Assembly (NCBI GenBank): GCA_963827235.1
Contig: CAWHAE010000016.1
Span: 160,001-224,000 of the forward strand
Direction of reading: 5' to 3'
Length of the DNA: 64,000 bases
Source: an uncultured bacterium
GTDB lineage: Bacteria > Chloroflexota > UBA5177 > JANWHV01
Shown: in pieces, positions 48,042 through 58,684 of the stretch
How positions within the stretch are numbered: the stretch's first letter is position 1
Layout: every line of letters begins with the position of its first letter
Notes under the pieces: generated by a model
Told to the model about the DNA's origin: nothing
The model's database searches: none
Seen by the model: only the letters and a program-made list of their open reading frames with translations
Made by a program: the position numbers and the translations under genes

Positions 48042-48750
48042 GCACTACATATAGCGTCACATGGCCAAATATCGGGCCTATGCCACTATATGCAGTGGTA
48101 GGTGGTGTACGCGGGAACGATGTCGAGCAGACCGGTGGCCGCGAAACACGAGATCCTGCTTGGGTGACCGGCCGTCGCGGCAGCGACTCGTTGGCGGTTT
48201 GCTCGACATAGGCGCGGTTCTTCGCCGTGCCTAGACGCTCGCAGTTTCCACGCACTTGTTGGCGCGACCTTCAATTCGTCGTATCAGCATGTTGGCCACC
48301 CCTCTCTGTGACTCCAGAACGTTGGTACACTCTTGCCGGCATCAACTAGATACTGCTCGGCCAATGTCGAACCAGCGCTGAACCACGGCAGGTGCAACAG
48401 CCGGCCGATCTGTCCTCCGCTTCAATCGCCAATCTCGTGAGTACGGCATTCACTACGACAGACGAGTTTGTCTATAGTAGGTTATGTCACGTAGGCCGCG
48501 ACTGGCCGGCGCCGGCCCACAAGCATGCAACTGCGAGAAGCTGAGTCTAGCTGCCAGGCAGCCAATTGGCGGTTGTTTGTCATCGCTGGGGCTGGCGCCA
48601 ACACAGCAAGCCGAGCCAGCCTGCTCCGCATCGCCAGGGAGCCGGTCTGTTGGGGGCCGGAACACTCTGCACTGCCGGGTGCCCTGGCCGCGGCGCTGTC
48701 TGTCCACCGATCGGCCGCAGCGTGCGGGGCACGTCCAACCACCGACTGGG

Positions 48751-49500
48751 TCAAGACAGGCTTTTCGCCTCCACGGCCAGAAACTGGTTCAGGACTGCAG
48801 TGCACACGCCGTGCTCGCTCTCCGGCAAGACACAGACAGCCGCCATGGCAGTCGTGTTCTTGAAGCCGTTGTAGACATAGGTGCCGTAGACAACGACCCC
48901 ATAACTCGGATATCGACTATTCGACGGCACGAGACTGCCAGAGTCCGCCGGAACGTACTCTCCCGCCGGATCATAGAAGGCAACGGCGACGGCGCTGAGG
49001 CGTCGCGTGGTCTGGCCCAGTGGCTGCGGCGGACAACTGAAGTGGTCCTGCGCTGCCGCCTTCCGTGCCGCCGCGAAGAATGGGCAGGCAAGTGTCACGA
49101 CGCAGCCCGCACAGGCTGACAGCGTGACTGCCGCTACACCCCCGTTGCCAATGTTTTGATCCTTGCCAGACGGATGATACGCGCTGATAGAGCCGCCACC
49201 ATCCGCCGCGATCACCGCGTGACACGCTAACCCCTTTGGTCCAAGGATCTGGATGAATCCTCCGGTGGACGAGTAGACCACGAGATGGGTAGCAGCACTG
49301 GGCACGTCGGCCGTGGCCGCGACCGGCGTTTGTGGGCTGTCGATACCAAGCGTTGTCGGACATACAATAACCGGAATTCTGGCAGCTGGCGCCGCGTCCG
49401 CAGGAGCGACACCTGCAGCGCGAGAGTCCAGACGAGGTGTATACGTCGATGAGCAGAGGGCGAAAACAGCACATATCAGCAGTGTCGTCGTACGAAGCAT
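48751..49500 (-). CDS. Secreted Cys-containing hypothetical protein (possibly DUF4850-like)
   Basis: GGAGG RBS, signal peptide, GPKGLAC..AADGG, SACAGC..LACPFF. Confidence 0.7.
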   Translation of the reverse strand: MLRTTTLLICAVFALCSSTYTPRLDSRAAGVAPADAAPAARIPVIVCPTTLGIDSPQTPVAATADVPSAATHLVVYSSTGGFIQILGPKGLACHAVIAADGGGSISAYHPSGKDQNIGNGGVAAVTLSACAGCVVTLACPFFAAARKAAAQDHFSCPPQPLGQTTRRLSAVAVAFYDPAGEYVPADSGSLVPSNSRYPSYGVVVYGTYVYNGFKNTTAMAAVCVLPESEHGVCTAVLNQFLAVEAKSLS

Positions 49501-49562
49501 CGTGACCTCCGTGTCCTGCGTTCAGTCTCAGACCATGGGCACCGTGCTCATCATACAATCCA

Positions 49563-50087
49563 ATGCCACGCCCGATAGCCCGATGGAAGGAGGTCGAGAC
49601 TGAGGTAATGCGCCGAACCCTCGGCGCCGGCTTCACGGTCTGGACCGCCGACCGCGCCGGCGATCACGACACGGTGTACTCGGTGGCGGCGCTGGATGCG
49701 CGCCTGGAGCTGGCCGGACCTGCCTGGGTAGGGCACACGGCTCAGGTCCGCGGCGTGGTCGAGGGCTGTAGTGCGCTGAACGGCCCACCGAGCTACTACC
49801 TCTCTCCGGACCCGGGGGAGAGTGCTGCCTCATTGTCTGTCGATCCGCTGTCCCTGGCCGTACCGCACTCGACGGCGCTGCAGCGCTTGTTCCAGCCTCT
49901 GCCGCTGTTCCACGATCTCGTTCCGGATACACCTTCTTCCCTCTCGGTGGACGAGGCAGGGGTCTTTCGGCTTAAGCTCCCAAGGCAACGCGAGGTCTCC
50001 TGCGGTCGTGCCGCCTGCTACGTCGGCCTCGTGGTGGGAGTGACGCCGACGGGCCGAGGGGGAGCCGTGGCAGCAGGGAGCGACTGA
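49563..50087 (+). CDS. Hypothetical protein
   Basis: 174-aa ORF with plausible composition; no recognised motif; start uncertain. Confidence 0.35.
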   Translation: MPRPIARWKEVETEVMRRTLGAGFTVWTADRAGDHDTVYSVAALDARLELAGPAWVGHTAQVRGVVEGCSALNGPPSYYLSPDPGESAASLSVDPLSLAVPHSTALQRLFQPLPLFHDLVPDTPSSLSVDEAGVFRLKLPRQREVSCGRAACYVGLVVGVTPTGRGGAVAAGSD

Positions 50088-50466
50088 CAGGAAAGCAGCA
50101 TCGATGCGGCCTGTTGGGCGCGCACTGGACCTATAGAATTACAGCTACGCGATGGACCATGAGGGTTAAGTCACGCAGAATCCGGTAGGTGCAAGATGCC
50201 CTCAATTGCCGCAGACGGGCAGCGTCGCTGCGCGCCTGAGTAGCGGTTAGGCTCCGCGGCATGAGAGATTCTCACTTGTATCCTCCTGAGAGCGATCCAA
50301 GAGCTTGCGTTAGTACGCCATGTACCTCCTTTCTTCGAAGGGCACCATCCGCGCCGGGTCGGTGCTGCTCAGTGCCCCCGCCCCCCATGAAAGTGGGAAG
50401 AGGCGGGGTCAGATCATCGTGCGACGCAGCCCCGCCTGCCAGGGGAACAGCAGCTTCCAGCCCGAC

Positions 50467-52306
50467 TTAAGAATTGAGCCACCAGTCGCCGATATTCCAT
50501 TCGTTGCCCACACCCGTTCCGTTATCGATGTAGTTGACCACGCTGGCACTGGTCAGGGTAACGTCGGGACGTAGGAAAAGCGGAAGCACATACAGTTGGC
50601 TAGCGATGAGGCGCTGGGCATCCTGGTAGATGTGGTTGCGCTCCTGCTGGTGCAGCGTGGTGCGGCCCTGATCCAGCAGCGCATCCAGGTTCGGATCGTT
50701 GACACGCCCCACATTGCCCCCGTTGGGGTTCTGCGCACTGGGAATTTGGCTGCTGTGGAAGATTGTGTACAGAGCGGCATGGGGGTCAAAGGCAAGGACG
50801 TAAGCAAACTCCGCGGTGTCATACTGCCCGGTCGCAAGAGTGCCATTCTGGGCAAAGCCCGCGAAGAACTGGGACGCCGGGTAGTACGTCACACGTCACC
50901 CGAATGCCTAGCGCCGCCAGGTCTTGCTGAATAAGCTGGCTGACATTCGCACGAAAAGCGCTGCCAGATACCGTCACCAGGTTCAGCGTGGGGAAGGGCT
51001 GACTGTTCCTGGTGCAGGGGAGGCTGGAGCAGTCCCAGCCGGATGCCTGCATGTCCCGTTTGGCCTGGCTCAGATCATAGGCTGGCAGGGTGATCGTGGG
51101 GTCGAAGGCGGGGGAAGGCGCAGGCAGTGTTTCCTGCACCCGCAACGTCGGACAGAACTGATGCAGCACCTGCTGGATAATCTGGCAGCGATCAATGGCC
51201 TGGGTAATGGCCCGGCGGACATTGGCATCCTGCAGGACGGGGGTTTGCAGGTTAAAGGTCAGGTACTCTTCGGACAATTGGGAGGTCACATGCAGTCCCG
51301 GTAGCCCGTTGAGCGACTGATTCATGAAATCGCCAGGGTCGAAACCTTCAGCGTGCTGGAGTTGCCCTGTCTGATACGCAGCGATGAGTGCGGCCTTACT
51401 GGAATAGCCCTGGAAGATCAACTGCTCCAGCACGCTCTTGTGAAAGGTGCTGGAGCTATAGTGCATGTTGGGCACCATCGTGAAGCGCTGCCCAGGCGAA
51501 AAAGTGGAGATGACAAAAGGACCACTATCGACCTGTGGGGTCAGGTTGACCAGGGGATTGGAGGCCAGTTGCGCGTCAGGAATGCCGCCCCAACTATGTT
51601 GGGGGGCGGCCAGCGGGAGGTAGGCCAGGTAGGCGCCGAACGGATGGGCATAGGTGAGGACGACGGTATGGGGATTCAGGGCAGTGATCGAGGTAATCTG
51701 ATCGTAGCAAGCGGTGCAAGCGGTAGCTCCGGTGGCGGGATCAAGCTGCACATGCAGCCAATAGACAAAATCAATGGCGGTGAGGGGCACGCCATCCGAC
51801 CACTTCAGATCCGGGCGCAGCTTCATCACCACCGACAGCCCATCCGGGCTGACATCGCCGTTCGCCAGCGTGGGTACTTCGAGGAGTTGATCGGGGACGT
51901 AGACGCCACCGCTGCTAGTTGTGATCGGGTAGGCCCACAGAGCATTTTGCACCTCCTGGCCGGCCGAAGTGGTATTGAACCAGGGGTTGGTAGAGACGGG
52001 GAACTGCCAGTCACCGTAGGTGATCGTCCGCGCTCGTGTTTGCCAGCCCCAGCCGGGGTCGTTTGGCGCGCCTGCTACTGCCCGAACCCGACTGCTCACC
52101 AGGTCGACGCTCGCACGCTCCCGCAGGGCACGAATTGCGGCGGGGCCTAGGCGGGCCTGGCTCGCGCGTATCCCGGCTGGCGCGCCTGCTGCGCCCAGCG
52201 CGGCCACCAGGCCGATGCACAGGAGCAGACGCCACAGGAGACGACATCCACGACACATGGTGCTACATTCTCCCTTCCTGCGCCAGGCATCAGAAACCCG
52301 GCGCAC
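50467..52306 (-). pseudogene. Peptide/nickel ABC transporter substrate-binding protein (family 5), frameshifted
   Basis: LKWSDGVPLTAIDF, DSGPF, VRRAITQAIDR, then in another frame YDTAEFAY...DPNLDALLD...YQDAQRLI. The break coincides with a 7-bp tandem duplication at 50886-50899. Confidence 0.85.
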
Positions 52307-52430
52307 GACACTGCCATCGTGGCCGGGTTCACCAGTTGCTCGCTGCGGTCCAGGGTGGCCAGGAAAGAGCAGGCGTCAGAGGGCGTGGAGCGGTCTCACC
52401 GCTCACGGGACTGTCGGCGTCGGGCCCTTT

Positions 52431-52748
52431 CTAGGACGGCAGGTCAGCGCATCCACTCCGACCCGATCGTACACCGCATGTCAAGGCACTGCTCTGTACG
52501 CCTTCTTGCCGCGTCACGCCCGTTGCTGGAGCTATCGCCGCCAGCCACTCCCGTACGTAGGGTTGCACCAGGCCGGTGCGGGCGGCCAGTTCCTCAGATG
52601 TCGCGGGATCGCCGTCCCGCAAGGCGCTCAGCAGGCCCAGCTGATCTTCCAGGTAGATCAGGCCCGCCGTCATACCGCCGGTGCAGTCCTGTGCCCACCG
52701 CCCGCTCAACCGTTCGAGCGCTGCCCTCTCGGGATGCTCTCCAGCCAT
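52431..52748 (-). pseudogene. N-terminal winged-helix fragment of a class I SAM methyltransferase (Rv2258c-like)
   Basis: DQLGLLSALRDGDPATSEELAARTGLVQPYVREWLAA; the catalytic domain is absent. Confidence 0.6.
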
Positions 52749-53602
52749 GCTTGTCTCTCTCCTTGTGGTGCGGTCGCGCTCAAACACGCGTGCCATATCC
52801 AGCCCCTTCGGATGTCTCACCTGCCCCGTGTGACGGGCTGGACCCTCGCGCCCACATGCGGCTCGCGTATGTCGCCGCTTGGAGCCGACGCTTCAGCAGG
52901 CACCTGATGCGTGGTGCGCGTCCGTGGACGACATTCCGCTCCCCGTATCAGTCCGCCACCGGCGAGCGCGCCGTTGGCCCGGGTGGCGCTGGTTGCGGCA
53001 TCGACGTTCCCACGCCCGCCGCAACCCGGCACGCCACACAGCGCGACGGCTCCGCCGAGCTACCGCCGACGACGCGCCATTCCTGCGCCCAGCCGGGCCA
53101 GGAGAAGGTCTGCTCTCAGCAAAATGCGAGTCGTCTCCGTCCTCAGGGCTGGGTGCTGAGATGCCGGCACCCGTTGATCGCCTGGAACGTGTAGTTGTAG
53201 GGAGCGATCTCCTCAGCTGCACGCGCCGTCGACTGCAACAGTCCACGCGCTGCCGACAATGTCCCGTGCGTCCCGGATGCTGTCCTGCGCGGCGAATTCA
53301 AGCACCACGCTTGCGGCCTTGAGAGCGATATCGCGGGTGAGCGGGTTGGAGACTTTGAAACTGTCCAGCAGCAATTCCGCTTCCTGTCTGGTCACCGCAA
53401 GGAACTTGGCATCTACCATCGGAACACCTCGACAAACGGTACAGCGCAGCGTTCGATACATCTAGCGTGCGGGACCTGTGGCATTGTGGGAAGCCCCGTT
53501 CGGGCCGTGTGCCACCGGTACCCGAGTGGGTAAGTGCCTCACGGACTCGGCAGGAGGCGCGGAAAAACCGTGCCAGTAGGGGGTCGGAGCTGGCCTCTTG
53601 AC

Positions 53603-53839
53603 CTAACTGGCAGGAGGACGGGCACGACACTCTCCGGGCGGCGGACGGGCAGTAGCCAGAGTGATCTCTGCGCCCGTGGGATCGCCAAGGAGTGTCCAAA
53701 GTACCACGTCGATGCCCAGTTCGCCGATCACGTCCTTGTACCGCTGGAGTCCGCGCGTCACATCGAAGTGCACCGCCAGGATCTTCCCCCCGGCTCTCCA
53801 AGTAGGCAAAGCGCCCAGCCGCCAGCGGTCGAGCGTCAC
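53603..53839 (-). pseudogene. Fragment resembling uroporphyrinogen decarboxylase/MtaA family
   Basis: AGGKILAVHFD...IGELGIDVV...PTGAEITLATAR. Confidence 0.35.
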
Positions 53840-53933
53840 GCCGTCATGCGACCTATTCCCGCATCGTGGAGCAGGCGTCGCTCCTCTAGCACCGAGGGCA
53901 GGCCGCGTGCCATGCCGGCGCTACAATAGCGGG

Positions 53934-54236
53934 GCCGGCTTTGACATCGTGAACCCCGTGCAGACGTCGGTGGCCGGTACGGACCCGGTGGCCCTCAAGC
54001 GCCGAAACGGCGATCGCCTGGTGTTCTGGGGCGGCGGGATCGACACGCGGTAGGTGCTGCTGGTCGTCACGCCGGAGGAGGTGCGCGGGATGGTCCACGA
54101 GCGCAGCCAGACACTTGGGTCCAGGGGTGTCTATGTGTTCAGCGCCATCCACAACGTGCAGGCCAACATCGCGGTCGAGAACCTGCTGGCGCTGTGTCAG
54201 GCCGTCGCTGCCTGTCGGGCCTGTGCGCTGCAGTGA
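53934..54236 (+). pseudogene. C-terminal fragment of uroporphyrinogen decarboxylase/MtaA family protein
   Basis: AGFDIVNPVQTS.AG.DP..LK...GDRLVFWGGGIDT(R)*VL..TPEEVR...YVFSAIHNVQAN..ENL, with an in-frame TAG at 54051-53. Confidence 0.75.
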
Positions 54237-54252
54237 GCCGGAGTGCTTTCCC

Positions 54253-54741
54253 CTACCCATGCCGCCGCACGATCAGAGTCGAGTCTTGCGTGTCGATGGA
54301 ACTGTGTGGTACGACCCCTGCCTCGCGGTCCTTCTTGTGCCAGACCCCGCCCTTGGCTGCCGAGACGGTGCTGTCGATGGACAGGCCTGGCCCTTGCTCC
54401 GCCCAGGGGTTCAGCAGTCCCAGCAGGTACCGGCCCAGGCAGCCAATCTGCGCGGGCAACGTCGCGGGCAGTGCCGCCAAGCGGCACTCCCAGGTCCGGC
54501 GGGCAGGGAAGCGACCGTACTCGGTGAAGTACGGGCGGGCAGCAGCCATCTCGGGCTCGGCCAACACGGCCAGGAGCACGTGCACCGTGGCCAGGTGGCG
54601 CACGATCATCAGCACCAGCGCCTTGAGAAAGAGCCGATCGGAATAGACGCGTGGCCGCCCACGGCGCACCCCAGCAGACGGTTGCGGAATACGATCCACG
54701 AGCGCCAACAACGCCAACAGCACTGACGCACCAGGCAACAT
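54253..54741 (-). mobile_element. Truncated DDE transposase (IS4/IS982-like)
   Basis: GRPRVYSDRLFLKAL, FPARRTWECRL, SIDST first catalytic Asp; ends soon after HSSIDT. Confidence 0.75.
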
Positions 54742-55219
54742 GAGAGAGCCTCCGTTCCTCGTTGGATGGATGAAACCCTCAAGGCACGGAGATGCCGCGT
54801 CAGCGTAAAGCAGGCGCGGCACTTCATTTCCTGGGCGTTGCGCAAGGCTAGTGCGCGGCAGTCTGTGCGTAGAGCAGAATCGCGGTTGCGCGGGGGCAGG
54901 CGAGAGTGCGACTGTGCAGCCGCCACGAACACGTCGCCGGCACCATTGCCGCCACCTCGATCGGCGTACAGAGGTTCGTAGCACTGGTGCCGTAATCCCT
55001 GCTGCTCACGTCGGCCTGTCCCCACACGACGGTGGCGGTCGTCTGGGCCGCCGCCAGCACTCGGTGGGGAGTGCACCACCAGTGGCGGCCTTCCTCCCCC
55101 CGCGAAGCAGCCTCTTGCTTTGCCTGTTGGCCACTGCTACCATCACGCGCAAACGCCGTTTGCACTCTCTCCAGGGTACAGGGCGCTCTATGGGTTCTTG
55201 TCACCAAGGAGGTAAGGCA

Positions 55220-55762
55220 GTGTCCCATGTGAGCAGTTTCACCCGTGCGGCTGGTTCGTGCGTGCTCGCATTCATGCTGACCGGCACTGTGAGCGGCTGC
55301 GGATCCGGTTCGTCCTCGCCGAGCGCCACGCCAACGCCGGCTGCCGTTGCCACTCTGCCCACTCCTACCGCCACACGCGTGGCGAGCCCGGGAACTGGGG
55401 ACAAGGAGGCGTTGGGGACGAACAACCCCGCCGCAGGAGACTGCACGACGAACACGAGCGAGGCGGCTACGTCTGTCGGATTTGTGGTGTTCCACCTGAC
55501 GCCCAGCGCATTCCAGGCGGAGATCCAGGTGCAAGCGGGCTCGCCGAGCGCGACCTACATGGTGTTCATGCAGCAGGTCCCCGGGTCGTGCCCGCAACAG
55601 GCAGCCAACGGCGGCACGCTGACCACCGACGCGACCGGTCGTGGCCAGGCGGTCGCAACAGTGCCGCGCGTGTCCAGCGCGACCACCTTCTTCGTGCAAC
55701 TTGTTCCTGCCGGGTCTGGACCGGCTGAGTACACCAGCGACCGTCTCTCAGTCGTGTCGTAA
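55220..55762 (+). CDS. Putative lipoprotein with S/T/P-rich linker
   Basis: AAGGAGGT RBS, GTG 55220, lipobox-like VSGC, SATPTPAAVATLPTPT linker, beta-rich domain with two Cys. Confidence 0.7.
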   Translation: MSHVSSFTRAAGSCVLAFMLTGTVSGCGSGSSSPSATPTPAAVATLPTPTATRVASPGTGDKEALGTNNPAAGDCTTNTSEAATSVGFVVFHLTPSAFQAEIQVQAGSPSATYMVFMQQVPGSCPQQAANGGTLTTDATGRGQAVATVPRVSSATTFFVQLVPAGSGPAEYTSDRLSVVS

Positions 55763-56524
55763 TGGTAACGATCGGCGCGCTGTCGCAGCCGTAGATGGTG
55801 TCTGGCGGCGGCGCAGGGCAGAGCGACACTTTGGCCGACGCAGCGCAGAAGAAGTTGTCCAGTTCCGGCTCTCAGGACAACATCGATGCGAGCGGGTGGC
55901 CTGAGTGCGCATACATCGCCTTAGCCTCATCACGCATCGCCTGCAAGGCTCCCACCGTGTGCGCTCAACGTCCACTCATATTGCTGCCACGGGCGCAGAT
56001 CGCACGGGGACACAATCTCCTAAACATCGTGGCAAGGCGGACCGCTGCCGTGGCAGCCTACCGCCCAGGGCCTGGAGCAAGGCTGTCGACCGACAAGGCA
56101 CTGGGGCCGCTAACGTCCACTCCGCAAGTTGTCCGTCTGGTTCCTCGAACGGCAAGGCACACCAGGCACCGCCGGGCCGCCGCGGTCGCTCACCGCACCA
56201 CCCGTGCCAAGCGAGTACGCAGCCGGTCAACAGCACCGACAACCACGCGGTTTGCGTCGCGCGTCGCATCGCTAGTGCGCTTTACTACCGCAGCATGAGC
56301 CGCGTCATGCCACTCGCGCCCGAGTCCAGCCGGCTTGCGACAGCCTGCATCGCTACAAGGATTCCATAGACCGCGCCATCAAGAGCAGCGAGAACCCCAG
56401 CCCAGGCATTCACCTGAGAATGTCGATCCCTGGCTGTGCGGAGAATGCCGGTCGAGCGGGGGTCATCGTCAATGACGCAGTCTCCCGGCTGCCGGCGGAG
56501 CCTGCCGCGCGGCTGCTCTTCCCT

Positions 56525-57030
56525 CTACAGTCGCTTGTAGAGTGTTTCCCGGCTAATACCCAGGTCGCGTGCAACCTGACTCTTGTTGTCTCCCGCGGCG
56601 GCGCGACGGCGAATCTCCGCTACTCGCCCGTCGGAGAGGGCTTTCGTTCGGCCACGATACGCCCCGCGCTGCTTGGCCAGGGCTATCCCTTCGCGCTGAC
56701 TCTCGAGAATGAGCGCTATCCCGATATCGGGATAGCGCTCGAATTCAGCGAACGCGCCCATGTCCGAGAGCATGAGCGTCGCCATCGGGGCGTCGTCGCC
56801 GGTGAACGTCAAGTGCTCCTTGACGAATTCGACCCGCACACCGCGCTCGGTGAGCGATGACATAATGCGGCGCAGGTCGATCAGGTTCCGGGCAAGGCGG
56901 TCCATGCCATGTACCACCACAGTGTCGCCCGCACGAGCGTATCGTAGTAGCGCCGCCAACTCTGGTCGGGCGGTATCCTTGCCCGAGGCCTTGTCGGTGA
57001 CCGCCCAAATACGCTCGTGTCCGCTGCCCG
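56525..57030 (-). pseudogene. Serine recombinase (resolvase/invertase), N-terminally truncated, with in-frame palindromic insertion
   Basis: DKASGKDTARPEL, GDTVVVHGMDRLARNLIDL, GAFAEFER, QREGIALAKQRGAYRGR, C-terminal HTH; no Y.RVS catalytic motif. Confidence 0.85.
56711..56740. repeat. Perfect 30-bp palindrome
   Basis: GAGCGCTATCCCGATATCGGGATAGCGCTC equals its own reverse complement. Confidence 0.95.
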
Positions 57031-57227
57031 CCGAAAGCCCTGCATGAGCCTCCCGGGGCGGAGCGCGGCCGCACTCCCGCCAACTATGGTCGACGCCCCC
57101 GGCCTCGTATGGCGGTCGCCAGGGTTGCTTGGCTCGGCGTGCGCCGCGGTCGTGCGGTTCGGATCGCCGCACCCGTGGGGATGGGTATGGCTGCGGGTAC
57201 CGGCCTGGCGGTCAGCTCGGGCACCGG

Positions 57228-58268
57228 CTACGGTCTGAGCATCACTGCGGCGGGCGCCAGGGCGACGACGGTGAAGGGGAACGGTCGGCCCACCAGGTTG
57301 TCCGTCATGTCCGAGAGCTGCCAGTCGGTGTTCATGACCTGTCCCGTCTGCAGCGCCGGGAGAAAGAGCGGAACGGTGATCGTTCCGTTCGGGCCAACAT
57401 CGGGCAGGGGGTAGCTCGTTGGTAGTCCGAGTTGCCGATACAGGTCACCGGCGATGAGACGCAGGCTATATCGACCGGTCCACGTCGTCGTCCCCGTATT
57501 GCGGACGACCAGGGGAACGGTTGCCGGGAACCCGGCGTGGACGAAGACGGTTTCGCCCTGAGCCGAGGCAGTGTCGCTGCATACCCCTTTGGAGACGTCG
57601 TACCGCAGCCTTGGCAGCAACGGGTAGACGTTGCCGCCTGGACAGTCCGTGAAGTTGAAGTCGCGGTGACCGCCGATCGTGGGAAAGCGCGCTGCGCCGT
57701 CGTCGAAGGTCGCCTGTGGGTCGATGCCGTACTTGTTGCACAGCATAGTCAGCAGCGTCTTCAGCGAGGTGAGCAGCGGTCTCGACGGTTTCTGAGAGGA
57801 GTAGTCGCCCATCAGCGCAATGCCGACCGAGCCATAGTTGAAGTGCTCGGTATGGGCGCCCACGACATCGTCGCCGCCCGCGCGTCCTTCGTAGATGTTG
57901 CCGGTGCCGTCGATCAGGTAGTTGTAGCCGATGTCTCCCCAGTCCAGGCCGTAGCTGTGATACGCCCAGATGGTCTGAATCGTCGCCAGGCCGCCGAGCG
58001 GTCCGGACTCGGTCACGGTGTGGTGCACGATGAGGTGGAATGGGCGTTGGTACACCGGTACCCACAGCGGGCTGTTCTCGCCGTCCGGCGATCCCCAGCT
58101 ATCCCGCGAGATCACCGGCACGCCGTTGCGGTTCAGGTCGGCCCTCACGAGCGCGCGCCGGCCGTGGACCGACTCGTCGACAGGGACCAGCACTCCGGCG
58201 AGCGCGAGTGCTCCCGCAACCACCAATGATCGCCGGGAGAGCCGTTGAACAGTGAGGTGGTCACACAT
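57228..58268 (-). CDS. N-acetylmuramoyl-L-alanine amidase (Amidase_2/PGRP-like) with Tat-like signal and NBR1/FW-like C-terminal domain
   Basis: SRRSLVV signal; ISRDSWG, IVHHT, WGDIGYNYLID..G.IYEGR.G, VGAH, GHRD..TDCPG; VRNTGTTTW. Confidence 0.88.
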   Translation of the reverse strand: MCDHLTVQRLSRRSLVVAGALALAGVLVPVDESVHGRRALVRADLNRNGVPVISRDSWGSPDGENSPLWVPVYQRPFHLIVHHTVTESGPLGGLATIQTIWAYHSYGLDWGDIGYNYLIDGTGNIYEGRAGGDDVVGAHTEHFNYGSVGIALMGDYSSQKPSRPLLTSLKTLLTMLCNKYGIDPQATFDDGAARFPTIGGHRDFNFTDCPGGNVYPLLPRLRYDVSKGVCSDTASAQGETVFVHAGFPATVPLVVRNTGTTTWTGRYSLRLIAGDLYRQLGLPTSYPLPDVGPNGTITVPLFLPALQTGQVMNTDWQLSDMTDNLVGRPFPFTVVALAPAAVMLRP

Positions 58269-58684
58269 AGGCGGCGTGTAGGTCGCGCGAGTTGCACGAG
58301 CGCAGCCAGGGAGCTGCGCGATCGCGTGCATGGACGCGGCGTGCGAACCGGCTGGTCACGTGATCACCATGACGGCGAGCACCCGCGGTACACCGACGGC
58401 GATCGGCGGCGCCAAGCAGCTGCTTGGCGCGCAAACCCACGGCACCGACAGCCACAGGTCCGGCGCGGGACATCAGGCTGAAGGAGCAGTTATCACGCGA
58501 GGAGGGCACATACTCACAGTATGCACCATCGTCAATTGTCGCTTCTTGTTTGCCGCTCCTGCCGGGGACACGAGCAACTGCTCCTGGTACCCTGAAGGTG
58601 AACTCGTCGGTCCCCACCATGCTGGCACGACCGCGGGAGTACCTCTTGAGGTCGCTTACCGGTTGGCCATCGCGAAGGTAGCAC

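Noticed and set aside
54051-54053. In-frame TAG in a methyltransferase-related family gene as possible pyrrolysine recoding
   Set aside because: The gene is also 5'-truncated and degenerate, and no pyl genes are in the window; a nonsense mutation is simpler
58409-58430. 22-bp perfect palindrome GCGCCAAGCAGCTGCTTGGCGC upstream of the amidase
   Set aside because: Single copy, unrelated to the 56711 palindrome, and no assignable function
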